A DNA stretch of 24,685 bases from a virus (taxonomy: Duplodnaviria > Heunggongvirae > Uroviricota > Caudoviricetes), in IMG/VR virus record IMGVR_UViG_3300037257_000073, one strand, 5' to 3'. Made by a program: the position numbers and the translations under genes. Positions 7,330-16,842 of the stretch are shown here, piece by piece (within the stretch, counting starts at the first letter, position 1; the number at the start of each line of letters is the position of its first letter). Below the pieces are notes generated by a model. That model was not told the DNA's origin. It searched no databases and worked only from the letters and a program-made list of their open reading frames with translations.

Positions 7330-8256
7330 ATGGATAATGCGAATGTAAAATTTAATGAATTGAAAGTAGATAAGGAAGATAGCTGCGTAATGTATAATGA
7401 CGAGCTCCACAAATATTGGACAAAGAAAACCAATCAAGCGTGTATATCAGCAACTACACTAATCCATAAATTTGGAACATTCGATCCAATCTTCTGGAGT
7501 GCTTATAAAACATTAGAATCACTCATAACAGAAGATGAATTTAAAACAATTAAACCAACTCTTTTAGATAGAAAAAATTTTAAAGATGAACACTACGAAT
7601 CCTTTGGTATAACTAAGGAAACGTTTGAAGAAAGAAAAGCCGAAATTCTAAAAGAATGGGATAGAAAACGAGATGAGTCTTGTATAAGAGGTACAGCAAT
7701 CCATAAGCAAATGGAAGATGGACACTTAGATGGAAAGACTGCTGAGTTACAATATTTAAATTTGGGAGGTTCGTTTAAAACAGACATTACTAACAATCTA
7801 AAACCTGGAGAACAAGGTGTTTATCCAGAATTACTTTTAAGTAGAGTATCCGATGATGGGGAACTTAGAATTGCAGGTCAAGCAGATTTAATAATAGTAG
7901 ACGGATATGATGTCTACATTTTAGATTATAAGACTGGAAAGAAGATGGATACTAAATCTTATTTCGACCGTAAATTAAAGAGATCATCTAAAATGAAATA
8001 TCCTTTAAACAACCTTGATGATTGTAACTTCATGCATTATTCTATGCAATTAAGTTTATATGCTTGGATGATTCAAAAAGCTAATCCTCTTTTTAATATA
8101 AAGATGCTCTTACTTATTCACATTGATCACGACGGTAATGTAAAAAACTATGAGTGCGATTATTTAAAAGCAGATGTGGAAAGAATGCTTGGATATTATA
8201 AAACCCAAATTAAAAATGAAGAATTTAAAAAATCCAGAGAAAAAATTGTATTTTAA
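7330..8256 (+). CDS. PD-(D/E)XK superfamily nuclease (Cas4/exonuclease-like)
   Basis: SATTLI, RGTAIH, IAGQADLII...ILDYKT and HYSMQLSLYAWMI motifs. All 4 Trp codons are TGG. Confidence 0.85.
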   Translation: MDNANVKFNELKVDKEDSCVMYNDELHKYWTKKTNQACISATTLIHKFGTFDPIFWSAYKTLESLITEDEFKTIKPTLLDRKNFKDEHYESFGITKETFEERKAEILKEWDRKRDESCIRGTAIHKQMEDGHLDGKTAELQYLNLGGSFKTDITNNLKPGEQGVYPELLLSRVSDDGELRIAGQADLIIVDGYDVYILDYKTGKKMDTKSYFDRKLKRSSKMKYPLNNLDDCNFMHYSMQLSLYAWMIQKANPLFNIKMLLLIHIDHDGNVKNYECDYLKADVERMLGYYKTQIKNEEFKKSREKIVF

Positions 8257-8587
8257 AATAGCCGTCGGAATTTTTGTATTCCTATTGGTGTGTATAGCAT
8301 TCTCAATACAGAACGACAAATACAAAGTCTTAGATAATAATTATAAGATTGAACAATTAAAGGTTGACAGTTGTAATAAGAAAATAAAAGCATATGAATT
8401 ATTGAACAGAAAAGCAGATAGCACTATATGAGTACTAGAGAAAAAGAATGATTCTCTTGGAGATATAAAACCAATAATATTAATGTACTATGATAAGAAA
8501 ATTAAAAGTATTAACAGTGCTTCTGCTTATGAGCACGCTCGTTGGATGGACTCAATCGTCACCAAAGTGAACAGTATGAAAAAGTAA
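8216..8587 (+). CDS. Type II membrane protein (123 aa, TGA 8429=Trp); i-spanin-like topology
   Basis: ATG 8216, basic N-terminus, TM segment IAVGIFVFLLVCIAFSI, then a helical region. The frame continues past the TGA to TAA 8585-8587. Confidence 0.65.
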
Positions 8588-8942
8588 TCCTGATACTATT
8601 ATTACTTACAATTACACAAAAACTGATTTGACTAACGTTAGATTATATGTTACTGGATTGGAAGAAACTCGAGAGTTATATAACATCGAAATACAACAAT
8701 CTAAAATAAAGGATTCTATAATTATTGAAAAAAATAAAAAATTAGATAACTTTAAAAATATAGTAATAGAAAAAGATTCTATTATAGGTTATACTGTTAC
8801 AGAGTTTAATAAAGCAGACAAATGGGGAAAATCTCAAGAAGTCTTAAAAACTAAATATAAAAAACAAGCTGCAAGAACTCCATTATTTATGGGTATTAGT
8901 AGTGCAATAGGATTTATATTATGTCTATTATCAATAAAGTAG
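8490..8942 (+). CDS. Signal-peptide protein with coiled coil and C-terminal hydrophobic helix (150 aa, TGA 8568 and 8577=Trp)
   Basis: Reading through two TGAs restores the start MIRKLKVLTVLLLMSTLVGWTQ. C-terminus PLFMGISSAIGFILCLLSIK. Overlaps the previous gene by 98 nt. Confidence 0.7.
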
Positions 8943-9196
8943 CACAAGGGTTCTTCAATGAACTAATGAATAAAGAAGCAGAAACACACACCAAACGAAT
9001 GATTCATTGTAAACAATGTAAATTGTTATATAATGATAGTTTGTTTGGAGAAACATGTAATTCTGAATTATATGTAAATCCGGAAACAAATGAAGTTTCT
9101 ACAACAGATAAACCAGGATTTAAGAATGGATGCGGATGTATCCTTAGATCCAAGACACGAGTACCAGATGCACACTGCCCTTTAGGCAAATGATAA
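8921..9196 (+). CDS. Small Cys-rich, probably Zn-binding protein ending CPLGKW (91 aa)
   Basis: CKQC...C...CGC...KTR...CPLGK, then TGA(Trp) and TAA. The CPxxKW ending is a recurrent phage motif. Confidence 0.75.
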
Positions 9197-9209
9197 CAAT
9201 GAAAATGTA

Positions 9210-10658
9210 ATGATAATGAAAAATGTTTTATTTAATGGAGATGCAAAAGACATCTTAATTGAAGGAGTGAATTTAATAGGCGATGCTGTGTCAACAACAT
9301 TCGGACCTAATGGAAAAAATGTTATAATCAAAGGACTCTCAGGAGTGTATATAACAAAGGATGGAGCAACCGTTGCAAAATATGTAAACGATGATGATCC
9401 ATTTATTAGTACAGGTATTGAACTTATAAAAGGTATTGCAACTAAAACAGCAACTGATGTTGGAGATGGTACAACCACTGCAACTATTCTTGCTCAAACT
9501 TTAGTTAATACTTTAAAAGATAAGACTGAAAATCCAATTGCTATAAGTAGAGAGTTAGATAAAGAACTCAAACAAGTTATAGAATATTTGGAAAAGAATA
9601 AAAGAACAATCACAAGTGTAGAAGACTTAATTAAAGTTGCCACAGTATCTACAAATAATGATATTGAACTTGGTAAACTTGTAGCTGAAACTTATTTTAA
9701 AGTTACAAAAGATGGAGTAGTAACTATAGAAGATTCACAAGATACACATAATTCAGTTGTGTTTTCACAAGGAGTTAAAATTGAATCAGGATATAACTCA
9801 CCATACTTTGTTAATACAACTAAGAGTACATGTGAACTAGAAAATGTATTAATTGCAGTTTTTAGAATACCTTTAACTGAGATTAAAGATATTGACGAAG
9901 TATGTAGTAGAGCTATGAGAGAAAAGAAAGCACTTCTTATTATTGCTCCAAAAATGGAATCCACAATACTAAGAACTCTAGTACATAATAATAATACAGG
10001 AAATCTAAAGTCTTGTTTTATTAGTTCACCCGGACATGGTATCTATAGAGAAACTTTACTTGATGATATCGAATGTATTGCTTCTACTTCAGTTTGTGAA
10101 AAAATTATAGTATCAAAAGATACTACATATCTAATAGGATGTGAATCTAACCAATCGGTTATTGATGCTAAAATATTAGAAGTAAAAAATACACTTAGTT
10201 GTAGTACAACTGAGTTTGAAATGACGTTTCAAAGAAAGAGATTAGCTAATTATATTGGTGGTATAGCTACTATATTTGTTGGTGGATATTCTCAAGTTGA
10301 AATACAAGAAAAGAAAGATAGATTAGAAGATGCTATTTGTGCGGTTAGAGCTGCTATGACAGATGGTATATTACCTGGTGGAGGTTTCTCATTACTTAGA
10401 GCTGCTAAACTTTTAGACTTAAAATATTTAAGTAAAGTATTGGTAATGCCTAATTTAATACTATCTGAGAATAAAGCAGATGGTATAGATATTTTCAATT
10501 TCTGGGAAGGTAAAGACTATAAGACTAGACAAATTGGAGACATGTATGAAATGGGAATCGTAGATCCTTTCCTAGTAACAAAGATAGCTTTAGAAAATGC
10601 AGTATCAGTAGCATCACTGATCTTAACTAATGGATGCACAATATTAAATATAAATTAA
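9210..10658 (+). CDS. groEL: Phage-encoded GroEL-like chaperonin (482 aa)
   Basis: TFGPNGKNV, ITKDGATVAK, GDGTTTAT, KDRLEDA, GILPGGG and GIVDP motifs. No GGM tail. Confidence 0.95.
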   Translation: MIMKNVLFNGDAKDILIEGVNLIGDAVSTTFGPNGKNVIIKGLSGVYITKDGATVAKYVNDDDPFISTGIELIKGIATKTATDVGDGTTTATILAQTLVNTLKDKTENPIAISRELDKELKQVIEYLEKNKRTITSVEDLIKVATVSTNNDIELGKLVAETYFKVTKDGVVTIEDSQDTHNSVVFSQGVKIESGYNSPYFVNTTKSTCELENVLIAVFRIPLTEIKDIDEVCSRAMREKKALLIIAPKMESTILRTLVHNNNTGNLKSCFISSPGHGIYRETLLDDIECIASTSVCEKIIVSKDTTYLIGCESNQSVIDAKILEVKNTLSCSTTEFEMTFQRKRLANYIGGIATIFVGGYSQVEIQEKKDRLEDAICAVRAAMTDGILPGGGFSLLRAAKLLDLKYLSKVLVMPNLILSENKADGIDIFNFWEGKDYKTRQIGDMYEMGIVDPFLVTKIALENAVSVASLILTNGCTILNIN

Positions 10659-10661
10659 AAA

Positions 10662-11018
10662 ATGACAATGATTATGGAAAAAGAAATTATGCCCCTTGGA
10701 TTAAATATATTTGTACAGCCTTATGCTGTTAATCCTTATTTGCAAGTAGTATCTGCTGGTGGACTACAATTAACTAATGGAGAGTTTCAAAATCCTGATA
10801 GTGGAGAAGTTGAACAACTAACATCACATATTAAATGTGGAATAGTTTTAGAAGTTGGAAAAGATTGTAAACAAGTAAAAGTTGGAGATGATGTATTTTA
10901 TAATGCGCATACAACTACACCAATTCCTTTTATGGGAAGGGGTTTTATACTAACACACGAACCTGGTGTTATGTGTATTATAAATGAAGGGTTAAAAGAA
11001 AGATTTAAAAACAATTAA
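10662..11018 (+). CDS. groES: GroES-like co-chaperonin (118 aa)
   Basis: PLGLNIFVQP...SAGGLQL...GIVLEVG...VKVGDDVFY follows the Cpn10 pattern; directly downstream of groEL. Confidence 0.8.
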   Translation: MTMIMEKEIMPLGLNIFVQPYAVNPYLQVVSAGGLQLTNGEFQNPDSGEVEQLTSHIKCGIVLEVGKDCKQVKVGDDVFYNAHTTTPIPFMGRGFILTHEPGVMCIINEGLKERFKNN

Positions 11019-11079
11019 ACTATACAATTATGTATAATAATGAATGATTACAATTTGTAATAATGCAAAAAGAAACACT

Positions 11080-11319
11080 ATGATTAATGAACAACGAAAC
11101 AACGATAAGCAGTTTTTCCTACCTGGAGATGTAGTAAGTCTTAGACAAGATGTACCAAATAAACCCACTATGATTGTGGTAAAAAAAGTTACTAAAACTA
11201 TTAGAACTTCTGATGTAAAGAATGATTTCTTCCAAGGAATTCAATGTATGTGATTCACAACAACTGGGGAGATTGTAAAAGATACTTTTAATACTAAAGA
11301 TCTTTTGAAAATACAATAA
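11080..11319 (+). CDS. YodC/DUF2158-like small beta-barrel protein (79 aa, TGA 11251=Trp)
   Basis: FLPGDVVSLR...PTMIV...IQCM-W(TGA)-FTTTGE...F...DL. The CxWF motif is restored by readthrough. Confidence 0.7.
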
Positions 11320-11915
11320 TGAGATCTGGAATATATTTAATTAGAAATATAAATAACAATAAATGTTATATTGGAAGTTCTAATAATTTAGAGTATAGAA
11401 AATGTATGCATTTTTCTAAATTAAAACATAATAAACATATAAATCAACATCTTCAAAATTCATATAATAAATATGGAAAAGAATCTTTTATATTTACTAT
11501 TATTGAAGAATGTGAATGTATGAAAGAAATTCTATTAGATAGAGAACAATATTATATTAATACAATGAATCCTGAATATAATATTTTAAAAATTGCAGGA
11601 AGTACATTAGGTTTTAATCATTCTATTGAAACTAAACTTAAAATTAGTAATTCTACAATAGGTATTAAAAAATCTAAAGAACATTGTGAAAATATAAAAA
11701 ATTCTCAAAAAGGTAAAACTTTAACAGATGAACATAAACAAAAATTATCAGAATCTGCAAAAAATAGAACTAAACAAGGACATACTACTAAAATAAATAT
11801 AGATGGAATTAACTATGATTCTTTAAAAGAAGCATCAGAGTTATTAGGAATAAAATATAACACTCTTCAAAGAAGATTAGTTAATCCTAATTTTCTAAAT
11901 TACATTAAATTATAA
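11319..11915 (+). CDS. GIY-YIG homing endonuclease with NUMOD3-like repeats (198 aa)
   Basis: SGIYLIRN...YIGSS, REQYYI...PEYN, GFNHSIETKLKIS, LTDEHKQKLSES and a C-terminal HTH. Confidence 0.9.
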   Translation: MRSGIYLIRNINNNKCYIGSSNNLEYRKCMHFSKLKHNKHINQHLQNSYNKYGKESFIFTIIEECECMKEILLDREQYYINTMNPEYNILKIAGSTLGFNHSIETKLKISNSTIGIKKSKEHCENIKNSQKGKTLTDEHKQKLSESAKNRTKQGHTTKINIDGINYDSLKEASELLGIKYNTLQRRLVNPNFLNYIKL

Positions 11916-11931
11916 TCACTAAACAATTAAA

Positions 11932-13119
11932 ATGACCGACGAAAAGAAACAAGAATTATTTCCGTATTTCGCTTACACTTATTCTAAACAAATAAATCCA
12001 GAGAAATACGGAAATTTATCTTCTGATGAATGACAAACTGTAATACAGGATAGTCCAGAAGATATAGATCAGATTAGCCAGGCTGCTGGACAACTTGCAG
12101 ATGAAGATTGAGATGCACTCGATCAACAATACTCTCAAGAACAACCTCAAGAAAATCAAGCGCAATATGCTGCAAAAGGAGCCAAAATTAAAAAACTAAA
12201 ATCTATGAAATGTGGATGTGGTTGTAATATGGTTACTGTTAAAGAAGAAGGTGGTAAAATGTCATCTAAATGTGCTTGTAAATGTGGAGGTAAAATTAAA
12301 CATCAAAAAGGTGGAAATGTTATACCATTAAAAAATGATGCAACAACTATAGCAAAAAATAAAGAAAGAATTAAATCACGTCCTGCTATTGCAACTAAAG
12401 ATAGTACAGATGAATTATCTGAAAATTTAGCACATTTATCAATGGATAGTTATACAAGTTCTGGAGATTTAAAAAATCAATATGATAAAAAATTTGATGC
12501 AACTGCTTCTGCTTTAACTCGTCAAAAAAATAAAGGAAAATCTGGCTTTGATGCTAATGGATTTCCTAAAAAACAAAATGGTGGAATAATAAACAATAAA
12601 AAATCAAACAACATGAAAGAAAATTTAGGATCTATTCAAAGTATATTAGATTCATTTAAAAAAGGTGGTAAAATGAAATGCCAAAATGGTGGAGATCTAA
12701 GTCCTAAATCAGCAATAGTTGCTAAGAATGGTTCTAAAGCTCCTAAAAGAATTACAACAGAAAATAAATCTGTTGAAATAGAAACCGCTAAATGTGGAAA
12801 AAAATTAGCTAAGAAACAAGTTGGTGGTAAAGTTAAAGCATCTATTAATACTGCTGCTTCTGCAACTAGTAAATTACCAAAAATGAATTCTCAAAGTGGA
12901 GCTAATTCAAGTACTGTGCCAACAAATCCTGATGGATCTGCAAAAGCTCCAGCAAGAATTAAAAAAGGACAAACTGGAATTACAGCACCAGCACCCAAAA
13001 AAAATAAATTGCCAATTGTAAATGGTAAAAAAGTTCCTGATGATGGAGCTGACTACTCTGTACAAGGTCCAGCAAATAAATCTGAAAAGGTAAAAAAATC
13101 TTTTTCTCCTAAAAAATAA
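11932..13119 (+). CDS. Low-complexity protein with acidic N-terminus and repeated xxGG motifs (395 aa, TGA 12031 and 12109=Trp); candidate internal virion protein
   Basis: ATG 11932 is in frame with the track ORF 12205..13119. About ten K/Q-x-G-G motifs in a basic region. Confidence 0.7.
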
Positions 13120-13124
13120 AAATT

Positions 13125-13700
13125 ATGAAATTTTTTGTATATGATAATGTAAATGGAAATGTATCTCTCGAAGACACAAGTATACTTTTAATAAAGGAAT
13201 TTGAAGCTTTGTTAGAAGATAATAGAAATAAAAGTAGTGCCGACAAAACGGGTAAAAAACGGTTGAGAGCATTTAAAGAATTTAAATTTATATATCTGTT
13301 CTTTGATTGAGAAAGTCCTTATTTTCAATATACAGAACAAGATAAACATGCAGAGGCTATGAAAGATTCAGGATTGTCAGACGAAGAGTTTGACGATCCT
13401 AAATTTAGAATGGCGTGTCAAAAATATGATGAAATCCAAAATTCATCATTAGACATAAAATTATTAAAGGCGGCAATGAATGCTGTTGATAATCAAATAT
13501 TTTATTTAAGTAATGTAGATTTACAAGAAAGAGATCCTATTACGGGAAAACCAATCTTTAAAAGTAAAGACTTAATTGCTGAGATTAAAGGCTGTAAAGA
13601 TTTAATATCTACTTTACGTGAATTACAAGTTCAAGTTAAGAAAGGATTAGAAATTGAAAGTAACGTAAGAGGTAATACTGAAATTGGATTATTCGATTAA
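13125..13700 (+). CDS. Conserved crAss-like protein upstream of TerL, candidate small terminase subunit (191 aa, TGA 13308=Trp)
   Basis: Two track ORFs join in frame (LFFD-W-ESPY). Helical, and located next to terminase. The function is inferred. Confidence 0.65.
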
Positions 13701-13702
13701 TT

Positions 13703-14536
13703 ATGAAAGGATTTATATATAAATTAATATCACCAAGTGGTAAATGTTATGTTGGACAAACAGTCAACATGAAAAAAAGATTGAGTGAATATAAAACATT
13801 TCATAATTGTAAAAATCAGAAAAAACTATTTAATGCTATTAAGAAATATGGTTTTAATAATTTTGAACATAGTATATTAGAAGTAATAGATTTCGAATTA
13901 AAATCAGAATTACAAGATAGATTGAATGAATTAGAAATTGAATATATTTCAAAATATGATTGTGTAAAAACTGGATATAATATATGTAGTGGTGGAAATC
14001 AACATAGATTAGGAGTAAAAGAAACTGAAGAACAAATTCAAAAGAAAAAAGATCGTTGAACTGATGATATGAAAAAGAATCAATCTGAAAAATTTAAAGG
14101 AGAATTAAATCCAAGATTTGGAAGTTCTGAAAAAACTTATTCAAAAAAAGTTAATCAATATGATAAAACTGGAAAATATATAAAAACTTGAGAAAGTGCT
14201 GCAATTATTGAAAGAGAACTAGGTTATAGTGCTAAAAATATAGGTAGTGTTTGTTTAGGAAAGAATTTAACAACATGTGGGTTTATTTGAAAATTTTATA
14301 TTGATTCTAAAGATAATATAATTCCAGAAAAAAGCAAAAGAGGAAAACAATCAACTAAAGGAATTCATACTATTTCTATAATACAATATTCAAAAGATAA
14401 TATTTTTATTAAGGAATTTGTTAGTATAACTGATGCAGAAAAAGAATTAAATATAAATCATGCTAATATTTCAGCATGTGCTAAAGGTAAAAGAAAAACA
14501 GCGGGAGGTTTTATATGAAAATACTTGATGGAATAA
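13703..14536 (+). CDS. GIY-YIG homing endonuclease with two NUMOD1-like domains (277 aa, 4 TGA=Trp)
   Basis: GFIY...YVGQT, LEIEYI...GYN, then QYDKTGKYIKT-W and the motifs TCGFI-W-KF and KTAGGFI-W-KY. TGA at 14057, 14189, 14288 and 14516. Confidence 0.9.
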
Positions 14537-16623
14537 CATGAGATTTTGGTCCAGATGATAAAATTGAATATTTCGATAGTTATAAATCTTTCTTTATGAC
14601 TAAATATCGCCCTATTAATGATGTTGATGCATTAGACTTTAATCCTGATTGATTTAGAGAAGATGCAATTAACAAATTAAAAACAGGTAGATATAGTCCA
14701 TCATCTATACCTATGGGTTCTAAAACTCATAGAGATTGATGGAAAGAAAGAATACGTAGATGTAATGAAGGATATGAAGTCAATGGTTATCGTATAACTG
14801 GAGATAATTATTTCTTCATTAATTTTTATAACCTTAAATCTTCTGATTCAGAAACAATTAATCAATCTTATGGATTTCCTGAGTTTCTTGTTTTTCAATA
14901 CGAATATTTCCATTACTTGGAAATGTGTGAAAAATTAAAGAAAGATACTTCAGTACTTAAAAGTCGTGGTATCGGATTCTCGGAAATGGCTTCTAGTTTT
15001 ATAACTAGACCATATACAACAATTCCTAACTTTCGTTCAGTAGTTTCTACGTTTTCAGAAAAGCATTTGAAACCAACACTTGATAAGATATGGATTCAAA
15101 TGGATTGATTAAATGAAAATACAGAAGGAGCTTTCAAAAGGGTTAGAATGGTAGCAAATTCTAAGACTCATAAAAGAGCATCTAAGAAAGATAAAGATGG
15201 TGGTGAAGCGCCAGACAGTCATAAGTCAGAAGTAGAAGGATTAGTATGTGATGAACCCGATAAGTTAAGGGGTGATAGAACACAAATTCTAATTTACGAA
15301 GAAGCAGGAGCAGATCCTGTTTTGATGAAAAAATGAGTTAAAGGTACTGCATTAATAACAGTACTTGGAGGTAAACGCGTTGGTAGAAAGATTGCATTTG
15401 GTACAGGTGGATCATCTAAAGCTAGTTCTATGGAAGGACTTAAAAGAATGACAAATGATCCAACTGCATATAATATTTTACCTGTTAAACATAATTATAC
15501 TAGAGATGGTAGATACATATTAAGTGGATTATTTATTCCAGCTTATAGAGTTGTTTATGATTTAGTTGATAAACGAGGATGATGTAATTTAGAAAAAGCT
15601 AAAGATTGGTATGAACAAGAAAGAATTAAATTAGTTAATAGTCCAAAGGATTTACTAGAATTTAAGTCAGAGTATTGTTTTACTATTGAAGAAGCTCTTA
15701 TACAACATGCTGATAATTTATTTCCTAGAGAAGAACTTGCAGAACAACTTGCACAAATAGAAATTTACAAATCAACTCCTACAATACATTCAGGACATCT
15801 TGTATGAAAACGAGATGGAGATGATAGAGCAGATGGGGTTAAATGAAGAGAGGATGCACAAGATGGAAAAATCCAAATTATAGAACATCCTTTAATGTCC
15901 GAATTAGGGACAGATTATAAAAACTTATACGTAGGTGGAATTGACTCTATTGATATTGGTACTGCTGATTCAGCAAGTGCTGATGGTAAAGGATCTGAAT
16001 TTTGTATTGTTATAAAGAAAAGAGTGTTCGGACAATCTGATCCTGTTTATGTAGCAATGTATAAAGACAGACCTAAAGATCCTAGAGAAGCTTACGATGC
16101 AGCAGCAAAACTATTAACTTATTATGGATGTCAAGCTGTATTAGAATCAACAAGAACAGCTATTATTACTTATTTTAGAGATAAAAAATATTTACATCTA
16201 TTAATGAAAAGACCAAGGTCTACAATGCCTGATGTATCTAAAGGTAATAGTCAAATGTATGGAACTCCTGCAACAGTTAAAGTTATTCTACATTATCGTG
16301 AATTAATATATGATTACATTTTGGATTACTCCCGTACAATGGCGTTTAAAGATATGGTTGATCAATTATTAGATTATACGGATGAAGGAAAGAAAGACTT
16401 TGATATCGTAGCTGCAATGGGAATGTGTGAACTTGGTGATGAAGAAATGTCAGTTAAACGTCCTGAAGCAAAAGAAGTAGAAGGTAAAGGATTCCAAAAC
16501 ATAGGTTGGTGAACAGATAATAAAGGTTATAAACATCATGGTATAATACCAGCAAAAGACAATAGAGATGGACGAGCTAGAATTAGCGCAAGCGATTCGT
16601 GATTATATAAAGAGCTGATATAA
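14515..16623 (+). CDS. terL: Terminase large subunit (702 aa, 10 TGA=Trp)
   Basis: Single frame from ATG 14515 to TAA 16621. Motifs GYRITGDNYFFINFY, LKSRGIGFSEM (Walker A region), LIYEEAG (Walker B), FGTGG, YVGGIDSID and FDIVAAMGM (RNase H-like nuclease). Confidence 0.92.
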
Positions 16624-16840
16624 AGCTGACTATACAGGATTAATAAGAGTTGATAAACTCAATCCTGGTTATAAGTGTGTTTTAGGTATTCCAAGTTACA
16701 TGGTGCAAACCTCATTTGCTATAGACTGTGAAACTGACGAAGAATTCTTAAATTATGTATACACAGAATTAAGAGTTAGAAATTATGTTAGACAAGAAGT
16801 ATATAAAGTATATAGAAACTCTGAAACAAGAGAAGAATAA
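16568..16840 (+). CDS. Hypothetical protein between TerL and portal (90 aa, TGA 16616=Trp)
   Basis: MDELELAQAIRDYIKS-W-YKADY...RVRNYVRQEVYKV...; fills the gap exactly and is absent from the track. Confidence 0.75.
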
Positions 16841-16842
16841 AA

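Noticed and set aside
7330-8256. CRISPR-associated Cas4 or a CRISPR array
   Set aside because: No repeat-spacer array or other cas genes; treated as a stand-alone phage nuclease.
13703-14536. Group I intron or intein carrying the GIY-YIG gene within terL
   Set aside because: TerL has its own ATG at 14515 and the upstream gene ends cleanly at 13700; no intron core or intein motifs were seen.
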